Under the pieces are notes generated by a model. That model did no database searches. It had not been told where the DNA came from and saw nothing but the letters and a program-made list of their open reading frames with translations. The position numbers and the translations under genes are program-made. DNA of 53,462 nt from an uncultured Muribaculaceae bacterium (GTDB lineage Bacteria; Bacillota_I; Bacilli_A; RF39; UBA660): assembly GCA_964368535.1 (NCBI GenBank), contig CAYJBC010000002.1, positions 3,294 to 56,755 of the forward strand. The letters run 5' to 3'. Of the stretch, positions 35,412 to 43,051 are shown piece by piece. Positions within the stretch are counted from its first letter, which is position 1; each line of letters begins with the position of its first letter.

Positions 35412-36682
35412 TATTTAAACTCCTTTAACAAATCTTTTAATTCTGCTTCTTCTTCGATATCAATTGCTTCCTTTTTAATATTTTCATCGAACCAAACTGG
35501 TACTTTAATTTCTTTCTTCTGATTTCCTATACTTTTTTTAGAATATTTTTTATGTTCTTTCTCTGCAAATTCCATTGCCTCTTTTGCTGTTTTTAAATCT
35601 GCTCTTTTCCACTGAGATGCGATTGTTTCAACATAAGCATTTGTAAGTCTATTATTATTTTTTCGCAAAACATAATCTATTAAAACATTTACCACAGCTG
35701 GGGATAATTCTAAATCTACCAACAATAATTCCAATATTTTTAAATCTCTATTTGTCGGTTTAACTCCTTTGTTTTTACCTTTTATAAAATCATAAGGCGT
35801 AGTATTTTCAAATAAGGCTATAATTTTACCCTTCATTGAGTTATCTCCGGCAGGATTTTTCAAGTACTCTGGTTGTGCTCTATAAACAAGTGTTGGTAAT
35901 GCATTATTTTTAAATTGATAATGTTTTCGCACTGCTACACGTAATTCTGATTTATCAATCATACCAAATTCATTTAATACACTTCTAACTATTTCAACCA
36001 TTTTATTTGTATCTAAATCATATATAAAAGCTAATAAATTAATAAGTTCCTTTGTTTTTTTATTAAAGGCTTTTTCATTTATAACACCTTTAGGCATTGC
36101 AGATAAAAGCATGTCGTAATCAATTTTTTCAGAAACATTTAACGATTTAGTTTCCCTATTTCTTGAATCATCTGCGATTTTAAAACTATCACTTTTATAA
36201 ACTTCATCTATATTTTTTGTAATTTCAGTATATTCTTTGGTATCTACTTTTATCTTTTGATAAAATACTTTTAATCTTTCGTATTCTTCTCTACCAATAT
36301 TATTATACAAAACTACGTTAAGTACCGGGTGATTAAAAAATTCTTGTGGTAAAAGCGGTGAATACAATTCATAAACATATTCGTTTATATCGCCAGTTTT
36401 AACATAAGTTTTAACCAAACCTAAAGCTTCAAGTGATTCTCTAGCTTCTTTTATCTCTTTTAAATTACATTTTAAAATACTCATCAAATGATGATGTATT
36501 AAATTTCTACTAAACAATTCTAATTTTTCTAAATCTTGCCATAATATTAAATATAAATTTGTAGCCACAGGACCAATTATTGGTGCATAAAAAGACACTA
36601 TTATTCTGCGATCAAAATCATTTAAAATAGTTTTGTTAATTACTTTATAGTTATCTGCTGGTAAAAGTGTAATTATGCTCAT
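35411..36682 (-). CDS. dnaB: Replication initiation and membrane attachment protein DnaB (Bacillus type, not the helicase)
   Basis: 423 aa located directly upstream of dnaI. DnaB_2/DnaD-like C-terminal region (LTNAYVETIASQWKRADLKTAKEAMEF). Confidence 0.7.
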   Translation of the reverse strand: MSIITLLPADNYKVINKTILNDFDRRIIVSFYAPIIGPVATNLYLILWQDLEKLELFSRNLIHHHLMSILKCNLKEIKEARESLEALGLVKTYVKTGDINEYVYELYSPLLPQEFFNHPVLNVVLYNNIGREEYERLKVFYQKIKVDTKEYTEITKNIDEVYKSDSFKIADDSRNRETKSLNVSEKIDYDMLLSAMPKGVINEKAFNKKTKELINLLAFIYDLDTNKMVEIVRSVLNEFGMIDKSELRVAVRKHYQFKNNALPTLVYRAQPEYLKNPAGDNSMKGKIIALFENTTPYDFIKGKNKGVKPTNRDLKILELLLVDLELSPAVVNVLIDYVLRKNNNRLTNAYVETIASQWKRADLKTAKEAMEFAEKEHKKYSKKSIGNQKKEIKVPVWFDENIKKEAIDIEEEAELKDLLKEFK

Positions 36683-36734
36683 AAATAATCCTTTCGTGTA
36701 TATTTATTATATACTATAAATATTATTTTTAACA

Positions 36735-36757
36735 AGAAAAAAACGCTTTACGCGTTT
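36735..36757 (-). terminator. Intrinsic terminator
   Basis: AAACGC-gtaaa-GCGTTT followed by TTTTTC on the minus RNA, abutting the stop of 36756..37928. Confidence 0.6.
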
Positions 36758-37928
36758 ATTTTTTTCTAATTCTTTCTGATTTCTCATTTTGATACCTTGT
36801 TTCAAATATAACGTACATAAAATTTCCATTAGTTATTTCAAGATCAGGAGTTTCTTTATATAAATGATCTATATCAATAACTACTAAATCTCCTTTTTTT
36901 AATACATTAACGTTATTTTTATCAAATCCATTGTTTGTTTGATTTATATTAACGACTTCACCATTTATATAACAATAATTATCTTTTAATAGTTTGCCTA
37001 CATTATTATTTCTTGGATCAGTCCAGATAATACCTTCTTCTCTTAAATTTTTATATAAAGTGTATAATTCACCTTCAGTTATACTATCAGAAATATTAAC
37101 ATATTCCATTAACTCTACATAACAATTATCAGTGTCTTTATAACCTATATAATTTCTTAAAACAGGTTGTAATATATATTTACTATTGGGTAGTTCATGT
37201 ATGTTTTTTATATTACCAATTTTAAGAATTTTTTCTCCAAGTTTATATACAACTGAATAGCTTCCAGCATTTAGTAGTCCTGCATCTAATATACCAATGT
37301 TCTCTGATTTCATAATATCACTATACAAATGAGTGAAATATGATATATACACATCATCTAAAAATGTTTTTGTTTTATGTAAATTACTAAAGGCTGTAGA
37401 TAAAAGTGCATTAACAACACAATTTTTTATTATTTCTTTTTTATTATCTTCATAAGAATTTTTTATATATTCACTTGTTTTAATAAGTTCTTCTTCATTA
37501 AAATTAAATACATTTTCATTATAAATTTTATGCTTTAGAAAAAAGAAATATTTTTTCATTAAAACTTCATATACATTTTTTATATCTTCAAAACTGTTAG
37601 TTTCAGTTTTTAAAATATGTAGCAACTGCGTTATGCCTGAATAATTCACATCTTCTTCTTTTAAAATTTCTTTTGCTAGAAACACTCTTTTTTCTTTGAG
37701 TATAATATCTATTTTTGAATATTTCGATATTTTTGATACTAAATATCTTCTTTGTTGTTCTTCAAGTGTTTTATACACTTCTTCAAAAAGAAGTACTACC
37801 TCTTTTATTTTTAAATCTAAATCTGCGTCAGTTGAATTTAACAAATATCTTTCAATTATATAATGATGATTTCTCTTATGATTACGACTTAATTGTTCTT
37901 TTAAATTTACATCTAATACAGTTGTCAT
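36756..37928 (-). CDS. Hypothetical protein with C-terminal protein-kinase-like fold
   Basis: 390 aa. The C-terminal half has a Gly-rich loop plus Lys context (GSYSVVYKLGEKILKIG), hinge-like ELMEYV, catalytic-loop-like IWTDPRNNNVG and DFG-position VVIDIDH. The N-terminal ~200 aa are helical and unrecognised. Confidence 0.35.
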   Translation of the reverse strand: MTTVLDVNLKEQLSRNHKRNHHYIIERYLLNSTDADLDLKIKEVVLLFEEVYKTLEEQQRRYLVSKISKYSKIDIILKEKRVFLAKEILKEEDVNYSGITQLLHILKTETNSFEDIKNVYEVLMKKYFFFLKHKIYNENVFNFNEEELIKTSEYIKNSYEDNKKEIIKNCVVNALLSTAFSNLHKTKTFLDDVYISYFTHLYSDIMKSENIGILDAGLLNAGSYSVVYKLGEKILKIGNIKNIHELPNSKYILQPVLRNYIGYKDTDNCYVELMEYVNISDSITEGELYTLYKNLREEGIIWTDPRNNNVGKLLKDNYCYINGEVVNINQTNNGFDKNNVNVLKKGDLVVIDIDHLYKETPDLEITNGNFMYVIFETRYQNEKSERIRKK

Positions 37929-37950
37929 AAACGTGTTCCTCTCTTAGATA

Positions 37951-37974
37951 AAAAAAACGCATTTTACTGCGTTT
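37951..37974 (-). terminator. Intrinsic terminator after tRNA-Ala
   Basis: AAACGCA-gtaaaa-TGCGTTT followed by a T-run on the minus RNA. Confidence 0.6.
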
Positions 37975-37985
37975 AATAATCACTT

Positions 37986-38062
37986 TGGTGGAGAATAAGG
38001 GACTCGAACCCTTGACCCCCTGCGTGCAAGGCAGGTGCTCTAGCCAACTGAGCTAATTCCCC
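37986..38062 (-). tRNA. tRNA-Ala (anticodon UGC), CCA encoded
   Basis: Reverse complement GGGGAATTAGCTCAGTTGGCTAGAGCACCTGCCTTGCACGCAGGGGGTCAAGGGTTCGAGTCCCTTATTCTCCACCA. Folds as a cloverleaf, with anticodon loop CTTGCAC, the G3:U70 Ala identity pair and a TTCGAGT T-loop. Confidence 0.95.
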
Positions 38063-38118
38063 AAAAGCAAGATTATTTTATCATATGGCGACTTAATAAT
38101 CAAGCTTTTTTGGTAAAT

Positions 38119-38322
38119 TTATTTTTTTTCTGTTAATTTAATTAAATTACTATTTAACTCTTCCATAGCTCTACCAATTTCTTTTTTATTAGTGTAGTCA
38201 CACTCTTTCATTTGATAATGACTATGTTCAAGCATTTGTTTACTTCTTTGTGAAGCAACATGTACTAATTTATATTTAGAATCTACTATAGTTAACATCT
38301 TATCAATTGATGGATATAACAT
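38119..38322 (-). CDS. rpoZ: DNA-directed RNA polymerase subunit omega
   Basis: 67 aa. MLYPSIDKMLTIVDSKYKLVHVASQRSKQM is the typical RpoZ N-terminus. Confidence 0.85.
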   Translation of the reverse strand: MLYPSIDKMLTIVDSKYKLVHVASQRSKQMLEHSHYQMKECDYTNKKEIGRAMEELNSNLIKLTEKK

Positions 38323-38408
38323 CTAAATCACTCCCTTACAATAATATTTTACTATATATTGTTTAGAAGCATACTATTTTCAATTGAATTTTTACAAATT
38401 GTTTACAA

Positions 38409-38777
38409 TTAAATTTTAACTAAGTTAGTTTTAATAATTTCTCCTTCTTTTTCGATTTTAATTTTAAGATCATTTAAATCTTTATTAGGAGTTTCAGGGT
38501 TAATTATTTTTCCGTTTTCATCAGCGACTAAGTAATTAGCTTCGATTAAATCCTTAACATATACATATATTGTATCTTCTTCAGTAAATAAATCAGGAGT
38601 ATTCTCGGCATATGATTTTGCTTGTAATTCAATAATATTAATAATGTCATCATATTTTTCTTTATTTTCATCTGTGTTAAATGCATATGAAACACTCGTT
38701 ACTCCTACAAAGTAAACAATTGTAAATACTACGACTACTACTAAAATTTCTATTGTTGAAAATCCATTTTTCTTCAT
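38409..38777 (-). CDS. Type IV pilin/pseudopilin-like protein (prepilin N-terminal cleavage/methylation motif)
   Basis: ATG at 38777. MKKNGFSTIEILVVVVVFTIV is a class III signal (G|FSTIE). Isolated here, with no pilus assembly genes adjacent. Confidence 0.7.
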   Translation of the reverse strand: MKKNGFSTIEILVVVVVFTIVYFVGVTSVSYAFNTDENKEKYDDIINIIELQAKSYAENTPDLFTEEDTIYVYVKDLIEANYLVADENGKIINPETPNKDLNDLKIKIEKEGEIIKTNLVKI

Positions 38778-38840
38778 TACTATCACCAATTTTATTATAA
38801 CTTATTTTAGAACAAAAATAAAGGATAAAATCTTTTGACT

Positions 38841-39419
38841 TTATCCTCTTTTTTTATTATTTATTGCATTTTCAAAATTTAAAGTTGACTCCATTTGTTT
38901 TTTCAAATCATCAAGTAATATTCTGTTAGTCATATCACTTAGTGTAAGTGGACACACAGGGTATCCATATTCTTCAAGTATTGATGAAGCTTTTACTTTA
39001 GTTTCTTGAGTTGATTCTACATAAAACTTTTCATACATTTTAGCAAAAACAGTTTTTTCATCCCAAAATTCAGCTAATTTTATTGCATTAAAATATACAT
39101 TTTCATTTTTATCTGACATTTGTTGTAATAATTTCCCTGCAATATTTCTGATATTTGTTACATATGCTCTTTTATTATCATCATAAGAATCTATGCTAGT
39201 TCTTGTAAGCATTGTATCTGGAGCGTATCTAGGTTCCAATTTTTCTAATAATGACTTTAAGGTATTTAAACTCATTTTTGAACCAACTCCGGCATATAAA
39301 ACATTTAAAAAATCTATGCTGTCATATTTTTTATTTAATGTTTTTCCTTCTTGAAAAGCTTTTTTATTCTCTTCTTCAAATTTAATCAATTCCTTTTTTA
39401 ATTCTTCAATATTTTTCAT
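38841..39419 (-). CDS. Hypothetical protein
   Basis: ATG at 39419 follows TAGGGGG (the track ORF extends to 39479). Soluble and helical. No family recognised. Confidence 0.45.
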   Translation of the reverse strand: MKNIEELKKELIKFEEENKKAFQEGKTLNKKYDSIDFLNVLYAGVGSKMSLNTLKSLLEKLEPRYAPDTMLTRTSIDSYDDNKRAYVTNIRNIAGKLLQQMSDKNENVYFNAIKLAEFWDEKTVFAKMYEKFYVESTQETKVKASSILEEYGYPVCPLTLSDMTNRILLDDLKKQMESTLNFENAINNKKRG

Positions 39420-39479
39420 ATTTCCCCCTAAAACTATAAAAGTTGCATATATAATATCACTTTTGTAACATAAATGCAA

Positions 39480-39929
39480 CTATTTTTTTATTTTTTTTCT
39501 CACTGGATTAAAATTAGTCTCTCTATTTTTAATCCTCTTATATGCATCTTTTAATAATAGATATTCATCGGAAGGATATCCTTTTGATGTTAAATACTCA
39601 TAAGTTTTTTTCATTCTTGATTGAAATTTAAATTCTCCTAAGTTTTTCTTTAAATCTTCATTTTCAAGAAAAAAGCTTTTAATTAAATATTCGTTTTTCT
39701 CACGATTATTAACTATTGATAAATTTCTTACAAATGTAATTATTGTTCCTTCAAATGGATGTTTCCAGATATCTTTACATATACTCTTCATGTTTTCAGA
39801 GTTAAATTGGATATCATATTTTTTTAATAATTCAAAAAGGTCTAAATAATCAAATTTTCTATATACCCCACTATCTTCGATTTCCTGCTCATATAACTTA
39901 ATAAATTCTTTCATAAATTCAACTGACAT
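39480..39929 (-). CDS. Hypothetical protein
   Basis: ATG at 39929 follows AGGTGAG (the track start at 39935 is a GTG inside the SD). No family recognised. Confidence 0.45.
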   Translation of the reverse strand: MSVEFMKEFIKLYEQEIEDSGVYRKFDYLDLFELLKKYDIQFNSENMKSICKDIWKHPFEGTIITFVRNLSIVNNREKNEYLIKSFFLENEDLKKNLGEFKFQSRMKKTYEYLTSKGYPSDEYLLLKDAYKRIKNRETNFNPVRKKIKK

Positions 39930-40016
39930 ATCCACTCACCTTTTTAAGTATCAATAATTTATCATAATTTTAAATTCTTTTCAAGTACTAAAATAAAAAA
40001 ATCTCAATTGAGATTT

Positions 40017-40352
40017 TTAACAACATTTTGGTCCGTAAACATTACATACTACATTTTCTTCACAACATGAGTAACAAGGTCTATAAGTATGCTTATATAC
40101 ATGATGATTTATTACCCTAGTGTTACATGGCATAATGTGGGGAACCTCGTAATTAATGTATTTGTGGCAAACTCTTTCTTGTGGACATTCATAAACTGGT
40201 TCGCAGCTAACTGGCATACCACATGGATTACAACATTGCCCCATTGGCATTTCGTTATGCATCATATTTGGTTCTACTGCTTCAGTCATACCTTCCATAT
40301 TTGTTTCTTTCATAAATTCATTTCCAGTATATCCTTCATAATAATTATTCAT
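40017..40352 (-). CDS. cotD: CotD-family spore coat protein (Cys/His/Pro-rich)
   Basis: 111 aa. VPHIMPCNTRVINHHVYKHTY parallels Bacillus CotD VPHIHPQHTTNVNHQHFQH. Many Cys, ending in a CC terminus. Confidence 0.6.
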   Translation of the reverse strand: MNNYYEGYTGNEFMKETNMEGMTEAVEPNMMHNEMPMGQCCNPCGMPVSCEPVYECPQERVCHKYINYEVPHIMPCNTRVINHHVYKHTYRPCYSCCEENVVCNVYGPKCC

Positions 40353-40429
40353 AATACACTATCCTCCTCTAACATATATTATTCTAAAGAATAAAATGGT
40401 TATAGGTTATTTCATTAAAAAAAGGACAA

Positions 40430-41032
40430 TTAATTGTCCTTTGGAAATAAATACGGCATCGAATTATATACATATTCCACTCCAGATATTACTGATAAAA
40501 GTGTTGCTAATATAAGAAGTATTTCAGCAACATTTATATTTAGTAATGCAAATGGGAAATCATAAAATAATATAAGTGTTAAACCAACCATCATAAATAT
40601 TGTTTTTAATTTTCCCAAGTTTGATGCTGCTACTACACTACCTTTACTACCACATATAGATTTACAAGAGTCTGTAATAATATCTCTTGTTATAATTACT
40701 ACAGGGATAATTACTGGAATAATTCTATCATATGCAAGTATAATTAATAACCCATTAACTAAAATCTTATCTGCAATTGCGTCTGCTACTTTACCAAAAT
40801 CAGTTACTAAGTTTCTACTTCTAGCTATGTAACCATCTAAAAAGTCTGTACATGATGCAATTAAGAATAGTACTCCTGCGACAATATATTCTAAACTTAT
40901 TAACGTATCTTTATAAACATATACTGGCCAGTCAACATTAAAAGCTTCCCAAGGCACCATTAACATAATTAATATAATTAATGCTAAAATAATTCTTGCT
41001 ATTGTTATTTTATTAGGTAAATTTAACTTCAT
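40430..41032 (-). CDS. pgsA: CDP-diacylglycerol--glycerol-3-phosphate 3-phosphatidyltransferase
   Basis: 200 aa. CDP-alcohol phosphatidyltransferase motif DFLDGYIARSRNLVTDFGKVADAIADK. Multi-TM. Confidence 0.9.
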   Translation of the reverse strand: MKLNLPNKITIARIILALIILIMLMVPWEAFNVDWPVYVYKDTLISLEYIVAGVLFLIASCTDFLDGYIARSRNLVTDFGKVADAIADKILVNGLLIILAYDRIIPVIIPVVIITRDIITDSCKSICGSKGSVVAASNLGKLKTIFMMVGLTLILFYDFPFALLNINVAEILLILATLLSVISGVEYVYNSMPYLFPKDN

Positions 41033-41044
41033 ACAAATACTCCT

Positions 41045-41521
41045 TTATCTTATATAATTTATTACTGTTGCAGAATCTCTAGCAATAGTAACTTGTCTTA
41101 CAGCCCATATTACAGCAAGAACAACTAAAAGCGCAATTAAAAAATACACTAGTATATAATACTTACTATCTGCTTTTTTCTTAACTTTAGTATAAGGTGA
41201 AGCCACCTTATCTTTTTCTTCTTGCTCTTCTTTTATTTTTAACTCTATTGTTTTTTCAAGTTCTTTAACTGGTATTTTAGAAGTATATTCAAATAAATAG
41301 TAATTAAAATCATCTATTATTTTATCTGAATCTAATCCTAGATATTTAGAATAATCATAAATTAGCTTTTTTAATTCGAAAACATCCTTAAATGAACCTA
41401 TTTTTCCACTTTCAATGTTTTCCAAACTGAGTTCGTTTATATCTAAATCCTTACTAGCTTCACTTATGCTTACCCCTGAGGACTCTCTTGTCTCTTTAAG
41501 TAGAGTACCTATCTCGTCCAC
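41045..41521 (-). CDS. RodZ/YmfM-like membrane-anchored XRE-family HTH protein
   Basis: 158 aa. N-terminal HTH (IGTLLKETRESSGVSISEASKDLDINELSLENIESGK) and one C-terminal TM. Located upstream of pgsA, like Bacillus ymfM. Confidence 0.6.
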   Translation of the reverse strand: MDEIGTLLKETRESSGVSISEASKDLDINELSLENIESGKIGSFKDVFELKKLIYDYSKYLGLDSDKIIDDFNYYLFEYTSKIPVKELEKTIELKIKEEQEEKDKVASPYTKVKKKADSKYYILVYFLIALLVVLAVIWAVRQVTIARDSATVINYIR

Positions 41522-41560
41522 TTTTAATTCACTCCTTTATATAATATACTTAATAAAAAT

Positions 41561-41904
41561 AAAAACTTATAAGCCATGTTCTGTACTTTCCAGTGGAAAG
41601 CGGCAAATATTTATCTGCTATAAATAGCCTTTTACTTAGTTTTGTTCCCTTGTAAAAGTTCCCCTACCAAAATTTGGGTTTCTCGCTTGCGGGGTTTACC
41701 TCGTTTCATTTTTTTAGTTTCCTAAAAAACTCGTTTCTGTGGCACTTTTATATTTACTTTAACCATTGAAGGTTATTTCAAAGCCGTTAACCGAAGCTAC
41801 TACAGGTTATTTTTTCCCTGTACACAAACACTATAGACATTGCAGTCTATGCGAGCATGGACTTTCCTCTACATACTTTTGCATGCAGCATTTGCCCAGT
41901 TTTT
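41561..41904 (-). ncRNA. rnpB: RNase P RNA, type B
   Basis: Reverse complement contains GAGGAAAGTCCATGCTCGCA, AAGTGCCACAGAAACGA, GGTAAACCCCGCAAGCGAGAAACCCAAATTTTGGTAGGGGAAC and ACAGAACATGGCTTAT, colinear with B. subtilis rnpB. P1 (AAAAACT/AGTTTTT) and P2 (GGCAAAT/ATTTGCC) pairings define the ends to within a few nt. Confidence 0.9.
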
Positions 41905-42232
41905 AATCTATTTTTTCGTATACTATTTTTTCTAACTGACTAATTCTTTTTAGAAGGTCAACATTATTGGGTGCGGATAAATGTTCTATTTTTCCCATTT
42001 CTTCCATATCCATTTTTGTTCTTCTTAACTCTTGCTTAAGTTTAATATTATCATCAGTTAAATCTTTAATTTGTTTTTCTTGTTGCTTTATTGTACTAAT
42101 ATACTCAGTTTCATCTCTTATAACCATATCAAGAACTTTATCTACTTCTTGAGGTCTGTATCCACGTGCATCTATCTTAAATTCATACTCAAGTAGTTCC
42201 TGTGGAGTTAAATAAATTCTATCACTGTACAT
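41903..42232 (-). CDS. gpsB: Cell-cycle protein GpsB (DivIVA-domain)
   Basis: ATG at 42232 follows GAAGGTG. LTPQELLEYEFKIDARGYRPQEVDKVLDMVIRD matches the GpsB/DivIVA N-terminal domain. About 109 aa, with a coiled-coil tail. Confidence 0.8.
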   Translation of the reverse strand: MYSDRIYLTPQELLEYEFKIDARGYRPQEVDKVLDMVIRDETEYISTIKQQEKQIKDLTDDNIKLKQELRRTKMDMEEMGKIEHLSAPNNVDLLKRISQLEKIVYEKID

Positions 42233-42499
42233 CAAAAACACCTTCTAACAATAAAAATTATACTTGATTTTCACCATCTTTGTCAAGATGCTTAGACAAA
42301 TTATAAATTTTTAGATTTGCATTATTTACCTTATTAATAATTTCATTTATGAAAAAATCTACCCTCATAACTATCCTCCAGTAATATATTACAACAAATA
42401 TTTAAATTATTTTTATATTCGACAAAATATATCAAAAAAAAATAATATTTATATAAAGATTTATTTAAAAAAATATGTTATAATATATATCAAGGTGAT

Positions 42500-43051
42500 A
42501 TGGTGAATTATCCAAATAGTATTAAGAAAAATAGTAATAAATATAAATCTTATTCTAATAGAGGGATGGCTTTAGAAGGTATTATTAATGAAGCCAACAA
42601 TTATTACTTAGAAAAAGATATTGCTATTATTTATAAAAAGCCTACACCTATTGGTATTGTAAAATCAGTGGGAACCAAAATTACTGATGCATATTTTAAA
42701 GAACAATCTACACTAGATTACAATGGAATATATAAATGTAAATACATTGAATTTGACGCAAAAGAAACAAAATCAAAAACAAGTTTTTCTCTTGCTAATA
42801 TACATAATCATCAATTAATTCATATTAAAAATGTTATTAATCATGGAGGCATTGCATTTATAATACTATATATGAATGGTAATTACTTTATTCTTGATGG
42901 AAATAAAATATTAAATTTTATAGATAATTTTGAAAGAAAAAGTATACCTTATAGTTATATTGATGATAATGCTCATAAAATACATTATAACTATAATAAA
43001 GGGCTTGATTATATAATTGGTTTAGATAAATTATTGGAGGAATATAAATGA
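42500..43051 (+). CDS. recU: Holliday junction resolvase RecU
   Basis: 183 aa. NRGMALEGIINEANNYYLEKDIAIIYKKPTPI and EFDAKET match RecU. 4-nt overlap with ponA. Confidence 0.9.
   Translation: MVNYPNSIKKNSNKYKSYSNRGMALEGIINEANNYYLEKDIAIIYKKPTPIGIVKSVGTKITDAYFKEQSTLDYNGIYKCKYIEFDAKETKSKTSFSLANIHNHQLIHIKNVINHGGIAFIILYMNGNYFILDGNKILNFIDNFERKSIPYSYIDDNAHKIHYNYNKGLDYIIGLDKLLEEYK

Noticed and set aside
38063-38118. Long imperfect hairpin (AAAAGCaaGATTATT...AATAATCaaGCTTTT) between rpoZ and tRNA-Ala as a terminator
   Set aside because: On the minus RNA it is followed directly by the tRNA 5' end (GGGG...) and not by a U-tract. It is more likely a spacer or processing structure, or chance.
41415-41627. 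Plus-strand 70-aa ORF
   Set aside because: It overlaps the 3' part of RNase P RNA and is antisense to the rodZ-like gene.
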